Shown: one piece after another, positions 38,874 through 48,800 of the stretch
Layout of the letters: each line of letters starts with the position of its first letter
Position numbering within the stretch: position 1 is the stretch's first letter
Assembly: GCA_028280945.1 (NCBI GenBank)
Contig: JANQKV010000030.1
Coordinates: 100,275-164,274 of the forward strand
Source of the DNA: Opitutaceae bacterium
GTDB lineage: Bacteria; Verrucomicrobiota; Verrucomicrobiia; Opitutales; Opitutaceae
Reading direction: 5' to 3'
DNA: 64,000 nt
The notes under the pieces: generated by a model
What the model was told of the DNA's origin: nothing
The model's database searches: none
What the model saw: only the letters and a program-made list of their open reading frames with translations
Position numbers and translations under genes: made by a program

Positions 38874-39121
38874 CACATGGGTGTCGCGGTCCATGAAGGG
38901 AACGGACATCCCACTTGTCTTTACAAGACTGAGAGAAGGTTTGGCTAAACGGATGGGGTCCCGCCGGGGCCAAGGCGGATGTGTGCACAACGCGGTGCGT
39001 TGAGCCGAAAGGGGATCATGCCGGAAAAAGTGAACTACGCCTGCGGTTTCGTTGCACCTTTTAGCGGCATGACTCCGTGGGTTTGGAAACCCTTGTTGAT
39101 TTCGTTGCCTTCTGTAAAACC

Positions 39122-39140
39122 ACAGGCTGACGGCTCCGTG
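39122..39140 (+). repeat. 19-bp direct repeat, copy 1
   Basis: ACAGGCTGACGGCTCCGTG; 18/19 identical to 40920-40938. Confidence 0.6.
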
Positions 39141-39175
39141 CGTTTTGGATAAAGATGCCGCAGCGTCGCAGGCGG

Positions 39176-39772
39176 TCACTCCACCGGTTGGCGCAGGATG
39201 GTTTTGAGGCGGGCGGGTTCGACACGGCGGGGGTCGGAGATATAGATCTCGTGGGGTGCGCCGGTCACCGCCAAACCCTCGGCCTCCGCAAATTCAGTCA
39301 TGATGGCGAAGGATGCCGGTTCGTCCTCATAAGGCCCCACGTGCAGCATCTGCACGCAGCGGCCTTCGTGGAGCGATTCGAGTGCCACGTCGTTCACGGT
39401 CGGGGGTTTTTTCTTGGCCAGCAGGGCGGCCACGGCTTCGTCGCGATGGGCCGCCGTAACGAACTCCGGGACCCGGATGAGCAATTGCCAGTGCCAGCCT
39501 TCGGTGGCCTCCCGGGTTTCGGGCAGGCCGTGCCACCGGCATTCCAGTTTGGCCACCGTGTAGTCGACGTCGTGGTCGCGTTTGTAGCGCATCTTGGTGG
39601 TGTAGGCGACGGCGTAGAGGGCGCCGACCCGATCAGAGAACGAGTCTCCCCCGGGCATGCCGTCGCCGGTGATGCTCAGGTAGTGCCCCGGAGTCGTCTC
39701 GATGAGAGCGGGAACCGGTTTGGCGGCGTATTCAGATTTCAGTGACTTGAACAGGTCGATCTTGGCAGGCAT
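39176..39772 (-). CDS. GyrI-like small-molecule-binding protein
   Basis: LY.VAY..K, KLE..W, W.LLI..P, VQMLHVGPY..E, HEIYISDPRR. Confidence 0.85.
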   Translation of the reverse strand: MPAKIDLFKSLKSEYAAKPVPALIETTPGHYLSITGDGMPGGDSFSDRVGALYAVAYTTKMRYKRDHDVDYTVAKLECRWHGLPETREATEGWHWQLLIRVPEFVTAAHRDEAVAALLAKKKPPTVNDVALESLHEGRCVQMLHVGPYEDEPASFAIMTEFAEAEGLAVTGAPHEIYISDPRRVEPARLKTILRQPVE

Positions 39773-39784
39773 GGCAACGGTGGA

Positions 39785-40687
39785 TCAGGCGAGGGGAATA
39801 TAGATGTCGGTGATGAGATCTTCCGGCTCGGTGGAGCCGGGGTCGTTCAGGTATTCCTCAAAACAGGGCGTATCGGCGACTTCGCGGCCACTGCGCGGGA
39901 TCCATTGGCCAAACAGTTTTTCGTAAGCAGCGGCGAGTCCGTCATAGGATCCCTGGTGAGTGTAGACGGCGTAGTCGCCGGAGGCGATTTCGCGCATGGT
40001 AATACCATCCGGAGCGACAAAGTCATCGGATACCGTCACCGAGGCATCGTAGCGCAATTGATCGGCGGGCACGGCGGCGGGATCGTCGTAGCTGATACCA
40101 AGTGTGCGGGTGCCGGGTCCGAGGTCGCCTTCGGCGCCGAGTTTGGCCATGAGTTCTTCCCAAGCTTCGCCACATTCGTTGTAGGGGCCAATGTGGCGGA
40201 TGGAGGCGACTTTTAGGGTGGGGATGGATTTGATGGATGCGTTCATAAGATAGGGGGGTGGAGGTTGAGGGTGAAATTGAAGAGGAGACTGATCGGGAAG
40301 ATAGTGGATACCGGAGGTGTTGGGCAGAAGCGGACGGCTGTCGGTATTCTGGCGGAACGTGCGCGGGTTGGTGTGAAAGTGTTGACTGAAGCTTCGGCTG
40401 AACGATTCCGGTGTTTGGTAGCCTGCGCCGAGGGCGATTTGTACGACGGACTCCGTGGTTTCACGCAGTTGCCAAGCGGCGCGTTCGAGGCGAAGCCGCC
40501 GCACCAGTTGATGCAGGGATTCACCCATCATGCCCGAGAAGATCCGGTGGAAATGAAACCGGGAGAGCGACGCGATGGCGGCGAGGTCGTCGAGCGCGAG
40601 TTCCTCATCCAAATGCGCGTGAATGTGCTGCAGGACCCGCAGGATGCGGGTTTGGTAATCCTCAAGGGTGGAGGTCTTTGCGGGCAT
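39785..40687 (-). CDS. AraC family regulator with C-terminal GyrI-like effector domain
   Basis: LA.IASLSRFHFHRIF, RLRLERAA, GY..PESFSRSF; RHIGPY, H.GSY..L, E.YLNDP. Confidence 0.92.
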   Translation of the reverse strand: MPAKTSTLEDYQTRILRVLQHIHAHLDEELALDDLAAIASLSRFHFHRIFSGMMGESLHQLVRRLRLERAAWQLRETTESVVQIALGAGYQTPESFSRSFSQHFHTNPRTFRQNTDSRPLLPNTSGIHYLPDQSPLQFHPQPPPPYLMNASIKSIPTLKVASIRHIGPYNECGEAWEELMAKLGAEGDLGPGTRTLGISYDDPAAVPADQLRYDASVTVSDDFVAPDGITMREIASGDYAVYTHQGSYDGLAAAYEKLFGQWIPRSGREVADTPCFEEYLNDPGSTEPEDLITDIYIPLA

Positions 40688-40919
40688 GGATACGTTTTAG
40701 CAGATTCGGTCTTACGCATCTTGATCGTTCTTGCGGAATTGAACGAAATTTTCGGGGTTCTGTTTTTGTAGAGGGCGTCTGAGGCGATCCAAACATCGGT
40801 ATGACAAGGCGGTATGTCCTCGGCTCGCTGGTTTAAACACGCAGGTCGCGAAGAGCACGAAGAGATATGAAAAGGAGGTCTGGGCAGAGCGGAAAAACCG
40901 GCCGGCTTTTCGGTTTCTT

Positions 40920-40938
40920 ACAGGCTGACGGCTCGGTG
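40920..40938 (+). repeat. 19-bp direct repeat, copy 2
   Basis: ACAGGCTGACGGCTCGGTG. Confidence 0.6.
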
Positions 40939-41100
40939 TACTCAGTGACCACCTCTGGGCTCTCTGGGACAAAAAAGCGGTGGAGTAGTTAGTGATATAA
41001 GAAGGGAGGGCAGGCCTGTTCCGGACGAAGCCTTGGGTTGATTGCGAACGTTCAGGTTTGAGAGATTGGATTTCGACCAGAGTTTGTTTTGGTCGGAAGG

Positions 41101-42549
41101 ATGCTCCGAAGAACTCTTGTTTGTCTGGCAGTGATGCTGCTGAGCGTGACCGGGATTGCCGCGCAGGAAACCGCGACTCCACCCAACATCATTTTTATTC
41201 TGGCCGACGACCTGGGATATGCCGAGTTGGGTTGCTACGGACAGGAGACGATCAAGACACCACGACTCGATCAGATGGCGGCGGAAGGGATGCGGTTTAC
41301 CCAGCACTACACCGGCTCTCCGGTCTGTGCGCCGGCGAGATCCGTGCTGATGACCGGACAGCATAGTGGCCACACTTACATTCGCGGCAATGGCCAGCGG
41401 CGGGATGGATCCGGTCAGCTACCGATTCCACTCGAAACCGTCACAGTCGCGGAGTTGCTCCAGGAAGCCGGTTATGCGACGGGTATGTTCGGCAAATGGG
41501 GTTTGGGCAACGAGGACACCACCGGGGATCCGCTCAAGCAGGGATTCGACACCTACTACGGCTACCTCGACCAGGTGCTGGCGCACAACTACTACCCGGA
41601 GTATCTCATGCGAGATGGTGAGCGGGAGTATCTCGACAATGTGGTGAAGTATCTCGACCCGGAAGCGTGGCACCGGGGGTTGGGCAGCTATTCCACCGGC
41701 AAGAACATCTACTCCCACGACCTGATTTGGGCTGAGGGAATGGCATTTGTGGAGGCTCATCGCGACCAGCCGTTTTTCCTCTACCTGCCGATCACGATTC
41801 CGCACGACAACGGCGAGGCTCCGGAAGGCGAGAAGTTTGAAGTGCCGGACCTGGGGATCTACGCGGATGAGAATTGGGACGGTGAGTCAAAGGCATACGC
41901 CGCCAAGATCACCCGGCTTGATCGCGACGTCGGTCGATTGCTCGACCAACTTGAAGACCTGGGCATCGCCGAGAACACCCTGGTGATCTTCACCAGTGAC
42001 AATGGTCCCATGCCGGAGCGCGTCGTGCCGACCAAACGGTTTGACAGCAACGGACCGCTGCGGGGGGCCAAGCGCGACCTGTTCGAGGGCGGGATTCGAG
42101 TGCCGATGATTGCGTGGTGGCCCGGGACCGTGGAGGCGGGAAGCACCTCCGAACACATCAGTGCGTTTTGGGATTTCATGCCCACCGCCTTGGAAGTCGC
42201 CGGTGCGAAGCCATCTGAATTGACCGACGGCATATCCTTTCTGTCGGAGTTAAAAGGACGGAGGCAAATGGTGCACGAATCGCTCTATTGGGAGTTTCCT
42301 CTCCAATGGGCAGGCAATGGCTACGGTTTCCAGGTCGCCGTGCGGATGGGTGACTGGAAGGGCATCCGCACCAACTTGCGGGAAGCCCCGGATGCGCCGA
42401 TTCAGCTCTACGATTTGGAAAACGATCCAAGTGAGACGAACGACGTCGCTTCCCTTTATCCGGGCATAGTGACGCGGATGGCCAGGATCATGCGCGCGAG
42501 CCATGTGCCGTCTGGGCACTTCGCGTCTCCGCCGCCACCGGTCGAGTGA
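41101..42549 (+). CDS. secreted arylsulfatase-like protein (S1, Cys-type)
   Basis: PNIIFILADDLG, VCAPARSVLMTG, GKWGLG, SDNG, EGGIRVP. Confidence 0.95.
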   Translation: MLRRTLVCLAVMLLSVTGIAAQETATPPNIIFILADDLGYAELGCYGQETIKTPRLDQMAAEGMRFTQHYTGSPVCAPARSVLMTGQHSGHTYIRGNGQRRDGSGQLPIPLETVTVAELLQEAGYATGMFGKWGLGNEDTTGDPLKQGFDTYYGYLDQVLAHNYYPEYLMRDGEREYLDNVVKYLDPEAWHRGLGSYSTGKNIYSHDLIWAEGMAFVEAHRDQPFFLYLPITIPHDNGEAPEGEKFEVPDLGIYADENWDGESKAYAAKITRLDRDVGRLLDQLEDLGIAENTLVIFTSDNGPMPERVVPTKRFDSNGPLRGAKRDLFEGGIRVPMIAWWPGTVEAGSTSEHISAFWDFMPTALEVAGAKPSELTDGISFLSELKGRRQMVHESLYWEFPLQWAGNGYGFQVAVRMGDWKGIRTNLREAPDAPIQLYDLENDPSETNDVASLYPGIVTRMARIMRASHVPSGHFASPPPPVE

Positions 42550-42615
42550 TTGCCCGCGCATGGGCAGAGCGCCCGTTCCTGCTATCCAACCGAGTAAGGC
42601 TTCGTCGCGCCGGCT

Positions 42616-43650
42616 CTAGCGGACGTCTTCAGCGGCCTTGAGCATTGCGACGTAGTTTTCCACCGGCACGTAGTCGGTGATGCTGTTGCCGGCGCCGAGG
42701 GCATAGCCGCCGCTAGGCATGGTTTTTTCCACGATGCTCACACAGCGACGGTAGACTTCGTCCGGCGTCGACGTCGCGAGGAAATGAACGTCGATGCCGC
42801 CAAGTATCGCGATGCGTTCACCCCATCGCTCGTAGACCTGTTCCACCGGAATGATGTTATCCTCATAGGAGTGTTTTCCGTCGTAACCGATGTCGTCGAT
42901 GATGGGGGCCATCACGAGCTCGGGATTGCCGCAGGAATGCAACAGCGCCGCCTTTCCTTTCGCATGCACACAGTCGACGATCTTTTGGTGCCAGGGGTAG
43001 ACATATTGAGCCAGCAATGAGGGCGACAGCATGGGCTGGGTTTTAAAGCCCCAATCGTCGGGATGCATGATCGCTCCCACCGCCTCAATGTCGCTGAGGT
43101 TGTCGTAGAAGCGCAGCAAGCGGGCCCCGACTTCTTTGAAGACCTGTTCTACTATTTCATCTCCTTCTATGGCCATCACACACAGATCTTCAAAGCCACA
43201 GATCAGGATGGCTGACTCCAGCACGCCACCATAACCACAGGGAATGAACTTGGCCCCGTCGGGCAGTTCCTTGGCGAGGCGAGCGATTTTGTCGTAATCG
43301 AATGCATCGGGATCGGGCCAGGCGTAATGCTCAAGACTCGCCTCGTCGGTGATCATGGCACCGGCGTTGAGTGAAATCGACTCAGCCGACTCCTGGTCCA
43401 CGTGAGGAAAATTGGGGTAACCCGCCCCCCATGCGGGAACGACGGCAAAGTCGTAGCCTGCGTTCAGGAACCCTTGCATATAGATGCGCATGTCACGCAG
43501 TTCGTCATCGCGTTCGTAGGCCTCGGGATTGGCGAAATGGCGAATGGCGGACTCGCTGACGATGAATTCAAAAAGTACGGGGCGTTCGGTGGGCTCGCGC
43601 CGCAGGGTTTTCAGGAACTGATCGAAGTCGGGTCGGGTTTTCCGGTTCAT
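42616..43650 (-). CDS. uroporphyrinogen-decarboxylase-fold protein (URO-D/MtaA-like, not HemE proper)
   Basis: DDWGFK, LLHSCG, ILGGIDV, GGYALG.GN; lacks the HemE MRQAGR motif. Confidence 0.8.
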   Translation of the reverse strand: MNRKTRPDFDQFLKTLRREPTERPVLFEFIVSESAIRHFANPEAYERDDELRDMRIYMQGFLNAGYDFAVVPAWGAGYPNFPHVDQESAESISLNAGAMITDEASLEHYAWPDPDAFDYDKIARLAKELPDGAKFIPCGYGGVLESAILICGFEDLCVMAIEGDEIVEQVFKEVGARLLRFYDNLSDIEAVGAIMHPDDWGFKTQPMLSPSLLAQYVYPWHQKIVDCVHAKGKAALLHSCGNPELVMAPIIDDIGYDGKHSYEDNIIPVEQVYERWGERIAILGGIDVHFLATSTPDEVYRRCVSIVEKTMPSGGYALGAGNSITDYVPVENYVAMLKAAEDVR

Positions 43651-43720
43651 GATGGGGAGCAGGAGTTTTCCTTGTTCCACTCCTCGTGCCCGGGCAACCC
43701 ACCGACCTCCCCAACGTTGA

Positions 43721-45763
43721 TCAACCTGGAGCCGGGCCTGAGGCCTGTAAACGTCGGCTCAGTCCGCCCAGGATAACCACCCCCAGCCCCGCCAGTGCCA
43801 GTCCCGTCCGTCCATGCGGCGGACGATAGGTCCAAACAATCTTGTGTTGGCCGGCGGGAAGCGCGACGGCGCGTTTCCAGTCGTCCACGATGAGTGCGTT
43901 TTCCGAAGAACCGTTCGCTTCGACCTTCCAGCCATCCGCGTAGGCTTCGCCCAAAATCACCGTCGCGGGAGTCGGCAGGTCAGCAGTCAGGGCCACGCGA
44001 TTGAGTGCGAAGGACTCGATCTGGACCGAACCCACGGTGGCACCACTTTCGCTGCGGGCGAAGGCCCGGGGCGAAGGGTTGGGCGCAAGGGCCATTCGGC
44101 CGGTTTCCGGGTCAAATCCGAAGGCCAGACTCATGCCATCAAATATGAACGGGGAACGTTCCCAGATTCGAACGTCGGGAAAACTGGTGAGCATCTGTGG
44201 CACGGGCAGGTCGGCTTGCGCGTGGATCGTTCGCCACACTCGTTGGTCGTAGAGTGAGGTGTAGCCGTTGAACGTGCTGTATCCGGCAATCATGCCGAAG
44301 TTTTCCCGGGCCCATCGCGCGGAAAGATTGATGCGAGGCGGGGCAGGGTGGCCCTGTTCGGCTCGCAGCTCCTGCACGAGTCCGGGAAGGAATGTTTCGG
44401 CGGGAAATTCCTGGGGGATCACATACCAGTCCCGCAAAACCGTCCAATGACGAGAGGTTTCGCCGATCATCAGGACGGCGATTCCAGCTGCCAGCAATCT
44501 CTCACCGACTCGTGCCCTCACGCTCCAGACGCCCAACGTAATCCCGCTGAATCCGAGCGTCCAAACCAGATGCGGCCACCTCGTGGAAACATCACCCAAA
44601 CTCCACAGGAGCACCACCAGAACCAGCGCTCCCATCCAGCACCCCAGGGAGGCCAAGGAAATCCGGGTTCGGTTTTCCCAGGCGTACCCTGCCACCAGCA
44701 AGGCACCGAACACGACCAACACCCCAAGGCGGGCAGGCATGCGGAAGCTGCCGAATCCGGGAATGGCCAGTTTCGCCACATCCGTGGCTCCGGGCCAGGC
44801 ACTGGCGAGCAATCCAGCCCCGAGCATGACTCCGAGCAGTCCGCGCCAAGGTCCCCCCGCATTCCACGCCAGGCGCAATCCCACTCCTCCCAGCAACAGC
44901 ACGGGAATGCTTAGATGGAGTTGGTTTTCGGTATCGGCCAGAAACCCGTCCCGGCTCGGCAATACCAGGGCAAGCCAATCGGTTGGTCGCAGCGCGCCGA
45001 TTTCCATCAAATGCGCTCCCCCCCAACCCCGGCTGCTGGCGGCAATCATGGATGCAAAGGGCAACCACACCGAGGCGGTTAAGAGCGCCGTGATGACCAT
45101 CAACCCCGCCCAGCGCAGCAGCACGGACAAACGGTTCCGGGTCACCAACACCAACCAGCCTGCCACAGCCAAGTGGGTGAACCAGAACACCTGGGGATGT
45201 CCCGCGAGGAACTGCAAACCACTCACTGCCACCACGGCGACCGTCGCACGCGGGGTCGCATGTTTACACCACGAACTTACCGACCAGAACACCAGCGGCA
45301 GCCAGGCCAGCGAATCCACGTAGTGAATCTGCCCGATCAAAATCCGGACCGACATGGGCACCCCGATGATCCAAGCAATCCCGACCGCAATCGCGGTTCC
45401 CTTTTGCAGGCCCCAGGCACGGGCCAAACCGGCCATGCCCCAGCCCGACAGCCAGAGGTGAAGCCACAGGTTGAGTGCTGTGCCCCAGGTGGTGCCGGCT
45501 CCCAGCAAAAGCCACGTTCCGGGGTAAAACACGGCTGTCTGCAAATCCGTTGCAAACGGACGGCCGAGGGCGACGTAGGGATTCCACCAAGGAAACTCGC
45601 CGGCAAACAAGGCATCACGGAGAAACTGGCCGTTGAAGGAATAATACCGAGCGTAGTCCAACCCCTGCGCCCAGCCGGGTTCGGGACTCAGGAACAGTCC
45701 CAGCCAAAGGGCGGAGACCAAGCCGAGAATGGTTCCGGCTGTTCCCGATTTCTGGTTGACCAT
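43721..45763 (-). CDS. YfhO-like multi-pass membrane protein (putative GT-C glycosyltransferase)
   Basis: P.WNPY...G.PF..D.Q...FYP, LAGHPQ, C-terminal Y..GW...NG; many TM helices. Confidence 0.75.
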   Translation of the reverse strand: MVNQKSGTAGTILGLVSALWLGLFLSPEPGWAQGLDYARYYSFNGQFLRDALFAGEFPWWNPYVALGRPFATDLQTAVFYPGTWLLLGAGTTWGTALNLWLHLWLSGWGMAGLARAWGLQKGTAIAVGIAWIIGVPMSVRILIGQIHYVDSLAWLPLVFWSVSSWCKHATPRATVAVVAVSGLQFLAGHPQVFWFTHLAVAGWLVLVTRNRLSVLLRWAGLMVITALLTASVWLPFASMIAASSRGWGGAHLMEIGALRPTDWLALVLPSRDGFLADTENQLHLSIPVLLLGGVGLRLAWNAGGPWRGLLGVMLGAGLLASAWPGATDVAKLAIPGFGSFRMPARLGVLVVFGALLVAGYAWENRTRISLASLGCWMGALVLVVLLWSLGDVSTRWPHLVWTLGFSGITLGVWSVRARVGERLLAAGIAVLMIGETSRHWTVLRDWYVIPQEFPAETFLPGLVQELRAEQGHPAPPRINLSARWARENFGMIAGYSTFNGYTSLYDQRVWRTIHAQADLPVPQMLTSFPDVRIWERSPFIFDGMSLAFGFDPETGRMALAPNPSPRAFARSESGATVGSVQIESFALNRVALTADLPTPATVILGEAYADGWKVEANGSSENALIVDDWKRAVALPAGQHKIVWTYRPPHGRTGLALAGLGVVILGGLSRRLQASGPAPG

Positions 45764-45781
45764 GGTGGGCTCAGGTTCGGA

Positions 45782-46402
45782 TCAACTGGTTGGAGGAGGC
45801 GCTACGATCCCGGCCGCAACGGCTTGATCCAGCATATCAGTCATGCGGTCCCACAAGGCGGAGGAGCCATGGGCGACACAGTTGTTTCGAGCCACGACAC
45901 GGTCGTGGGTGATGCCGTGCTCCCGCCAGGAGGCACCGTCGGTCATGAGGTTGAGCAGCATCGGCTGGAAGCGATCACAGGCGAGGGCGAACTTGGCCTC
46001 GACGGTGGCCTGAGCTTCAAACTCGTCCCAGGCCGCGCGGAATTCGGCACCTTGGTCCGGCGGCAACATGCCAAAAATCCGGTCCGCCGCCCGGGCCTCG
46101 CGTTCGTGTTGGTCGGCCATTCCCGCTTCATCGTAGGCGAATGTGTCGCCGGCGTCTATCTCCACCAGATCATGCAGGATGACCATGCGGAGAACCCGTA
46201 AAATGTCCAAATTGGGTTCGTTGGCGTGCTCAGCCAGCAGGATCACCGCGAGAGCGAGGTGCCACGAGTGTTCGGCGTCATTCTCGTGGCGGCGCGATTG
46301 GGTAAGTCTGGATTGGCGAAAGACTTCCTTGAGCTTGTCGACCTCCACCAGAAAGGCGATTTGGCGGCCCAGGGCGTCATTTCCGAACGTGATTGCGCTC
46401 AT
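45782..46402 (-). CDS. HD domain phosphohydrolase
   Basis: ENDAEHSWH, LHDLVEIDAGD, W.EFE, DR.QP; start taken at MSAITF. Confidence 0.9.
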   Translation of the reverse strand: MSAITFGNDALGRQIAFLVEVDKLKEVFRQSRLTQSRRHENDAEHSWHLALAVILLAEHANEPNLDILRVLRMVILHDLVEIDAGDTFAYDEAGMADQHEREARAADRIFGMLPPDQGAEFRAAWDEFEAQATVEAKFALACDRFQPMLLNLMTDGASWREHGITHDRVVARNNCVAHGSSALWDRMTDMLDQAVAAGIVAPPPTS

Positions 46403-46542
46403 GCGCAGGAGTTGACGGGCGGTTGGTTGGCGAGGCAATGATGCTCTTAAGCCGGACGTTGTCTTCATCTCGTCACCCAACGCACTCAGCTTTTCCTTGC
46501 GGGGGGGAGAGGCGGACTTTTCCCTCCGGGGCGATTGTCTCC

Positions 46543-48132
46543 ATGAAAATCCTCGTAGCCGACAAGATCTCAACCAAAGGAGTCGCCTATCTGCGTGAGC
46601 AGCCGGGCTTCGAAGTTGTGGAAGCCTATGGTTCCACCCCCGAGCAGGTGCTCGAACTCGTGAAGGACGTGCATGCGATCGCGGTGCGCTCCGAGACGAA
46701 GGTCACCCGGGAGGTCCTGGCGGCGGCACCGGAGCTCAAGGTCGTGGGCCGGGCGGGAGTTGGGGTGGACAACGTTGACGTGGAGGCTGCGACGGAGCGT
46801 GGCGTCGTTGTGATGAATACCCCTTCGGGCAACACGATTGCGACGGCTGAGCTTACTTTCGCTCAGATTCTCTGCGGGGCTCGTCCCGTGCCGCAGGCGG
46901 CCGCGTCGATGAAGGCCGGCCGATGGGATCGCAAGGTCTTCGCGGGGGTGGAGCTCTTTCGCAAAACACTCGGCATTGTGGGCATGGGGCGGATCGGGGG
47001 CGAAGTGGCGAAGCGAGCGCAGGCCTTCGGCATGCGGGTCCTGGCCTACGATCCCTACCTCGCTCCCAGCCGGGCCAAGGCCATGCAGGTTGAAGCCGTC
47101 GAACTCGACGAGCTGTTGGCCCAGTCCGACTTCATCACGGTTCACATGCCGCTTACCGAGGATACCAAATACATGATCGACGAGGTGGCGCTGGCGAAGT
47201 GCAAGTCGGGTGTCCGTATCTTCAACTGTGCCCGCGGCGGCATCATCAAGGAAACCGCCCTGATCGATGCACTCAAATCGGGCCAAGTCGCCACTGCCGG
47301 CCTCGATGTTTATGAAGAGGAGCCCTTGGCGGAGGACAGCGAAATGCGGGTTTTGCCGAATTTAAACCTGACTCCCCACCTTGGCGCTTCAACTGTCGAG
47401 GCCCAGGCCGCGGTTGGCGTCGAGATTGCCGAACAGATTTCGGATGTGCTCAATCGGGGCATCATTCGCAACGCCGTCAACATGCCGTCCATCGACAGTG
47501 CCGCACTCAAAGTGCTCGGTCCTTACCTTGATCTTGGCGCCAAGCTGGGCACGCTCGTGCAGCAGATCGCTCCCTCCCCAATCGAGTCGATCCACATTAC
47601 CTACTGGGGCAAGATCATCGATCTCGACGCCAACGCCGTTACGCGTTCCGTGCAGCGCGGTTGGTTGCGCAAGATCAGCGGTGACGAGGTCAACGAGGTG
47701 AACGCGCCCTTCCTGCTGAAGCAATTGGGCGTTGAGGTTGAAGTCACCAAGTCGAATGCGGACGTCGACTACACCGAGCTGGTTGAAGTCAAAGCCACCG
47801 ATGCCGATGGCAACCAACATCGCGCCCTCGGCACATTGATCGGCAAAGCACAGGAGCCTCGCATCGTCGGGATCAACGGTCGCGAAGTTGAAGTGCTGGC
47901 CGATGGCAAACTGCTCGTGCTCGAGAATCTGGACCTGCCCGGCATGGTGGGCGAAGTCGGCACGTTGCTCGGCAAAGCCGAAGTCAACATTGCGGACATG
48001 TCCCTGAGCCGCCTGGTCCCCGGCGAAACCGCTTACATGGTGGTGCGGGTCGACAGCGAACCAGGCCCGGATGCCCGTGCGGAGCTGAAAAACCACCCGA
48101 AGATCAAACTCGCCAAGTTCGTCCAACTCTAG
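46543..48132 (+). CDS. serA: D-3-phosphoglycerate dehydrogenase
   Basis: [31 protein letters not shown]; ASB and ACT domains. Confidence 0.95.
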   Translation: MKILVADKISTKGVAYLREQPGFEVVEAYGSTPEQVLELVKDVHAIAVRSETKVTREVLAAAPELKVVGRAGVGVDNVDVEAATERGVVVMNTPSGNTIATAELTFAQILCGARPVPQAAASMKAGRWDRKVFAGVELFRKTLGIVGMGRIGGEVAKRAQAFGMRVLAYDPYLAPSRAKAMQVEAVELDELLAQSDFITVHMPLTEDTKYMIDEVALAKCKSGVRIFNCARGGIIKETALIDALKSGQVATAGLDVYEEEPLAEDSEMRVLPNLNLTPHLGASTVEAQAAVGVEIAEQISDVLNRGIIRNAVNMPSIDSAALKVLGPYLDLGAKLGTLVQQIAPSPIESIHITYWGKIIDLDANAVTRSVQRGWLRKISGDEVNEVNAPFLLKQLGVEVEVTKSNADVDYTELVEVKATDADGNQHRALGTLIGKAQEPRIVGINGREVEVLADGKLLVLENLDLPGMVGEVGTLLGKAEVNIADMSLSRLVPGETAYMVVRVDSEPGPDARAELKNHPKIKLAKFVQL

Positions 48133-48159
48133 CCTCCTGTAGTCCACCCCCTCGACTCC

Positions 48160-48774
48160 ATGATCGTGCCCCTTCTCATTACCGCCGTTGTCGCCTACCT
48201 GCTGGGTGCGCTGCCGTTTGGCTACTGGGTGGCGAAAGCGAAGGGTGTCAACATCATGGAGGTTGGCAGCAAAAATCCCGGTGCAACCAATGTGAAGCGC
48301 GTGCTGGGTTCGGGGCCGGGCAATTTGGTTTTCGCCCTCGATGTGCTCAAGGGCGTGGTCGCCACGATGGTCCCACTGGTTTCCCAGGCCGGGGGCGAAC
48401 CGGGCACGATCGGTTACGATCTCGGTGGGGTCGTGGGCGTGGTGGGGGCCGTGTTGGGCCACTCGTATTCTTGTTTCATCGGGTTTCGCGGCGGCAAGGG
48501 CGTGGCCACGGCTGCAGGAGGCCTGTTCATCTTGATGCCCGTGCCGTGTCTCATCGCGGCGGTGGCCTGGGTGGTGACATTTTACGCCTCCCGGTATGTG
48601 TCGTTGGCCTCGATCGTTGCTGCGGTCGTGGTGACGGTGCTGCCGTGGTTCATGTCATTCAGCGTTGTGGTTGCGACCATGGCCTCCCTGTTGGGCGTGC
48701 TGGTGATCTTCCGGCACAAAGCCAACATCAGCCGCCTGATGGCTGGCACCGAGCACCGCTGGAACCGTAAGTAA
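48160..48774 (+). CDS. plsY: glycerol-3-phosphate acyltransferase
   Basis: GSKNPGATN, DVLKG, GHSY, FRGGKGVAT, RHKANI.RL..GTE. Confidence 0.95.
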   Translation: MIVPLLITAVVAYLLGALPFGYWVAKAKGVNIMEVGSKNPGATNVKRVLGSGPGNLVFALDVLKGVVATMVPLVSQAGGEPGTIGYDLGGVVGVVGAVLGHSYSCFIGFRGGKGVATAAGGLFILMPVPCLIAAVAWVVTFYASRYVSLASIVAAVVVTVLPWFMSFSVVVATMASLLGVLVIFRHKANISRLMAGTEHRWNRK

Positions 48775-48800
48775 GCGGTCATCCGCTGTGAGTTTCTCAA

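Noticed and set aside
40942-41373. 143-aa minus-strand ORF
   Set aside because: Antisense to the conserved sulfatase N-terminus.
46403-46542. Riboswitch or Thr/Ser leader peptide upstream of serA
   Set aside because: Only short GGAGA/TCTCC pairing; no recognisable aptamer, codon run or terminator.
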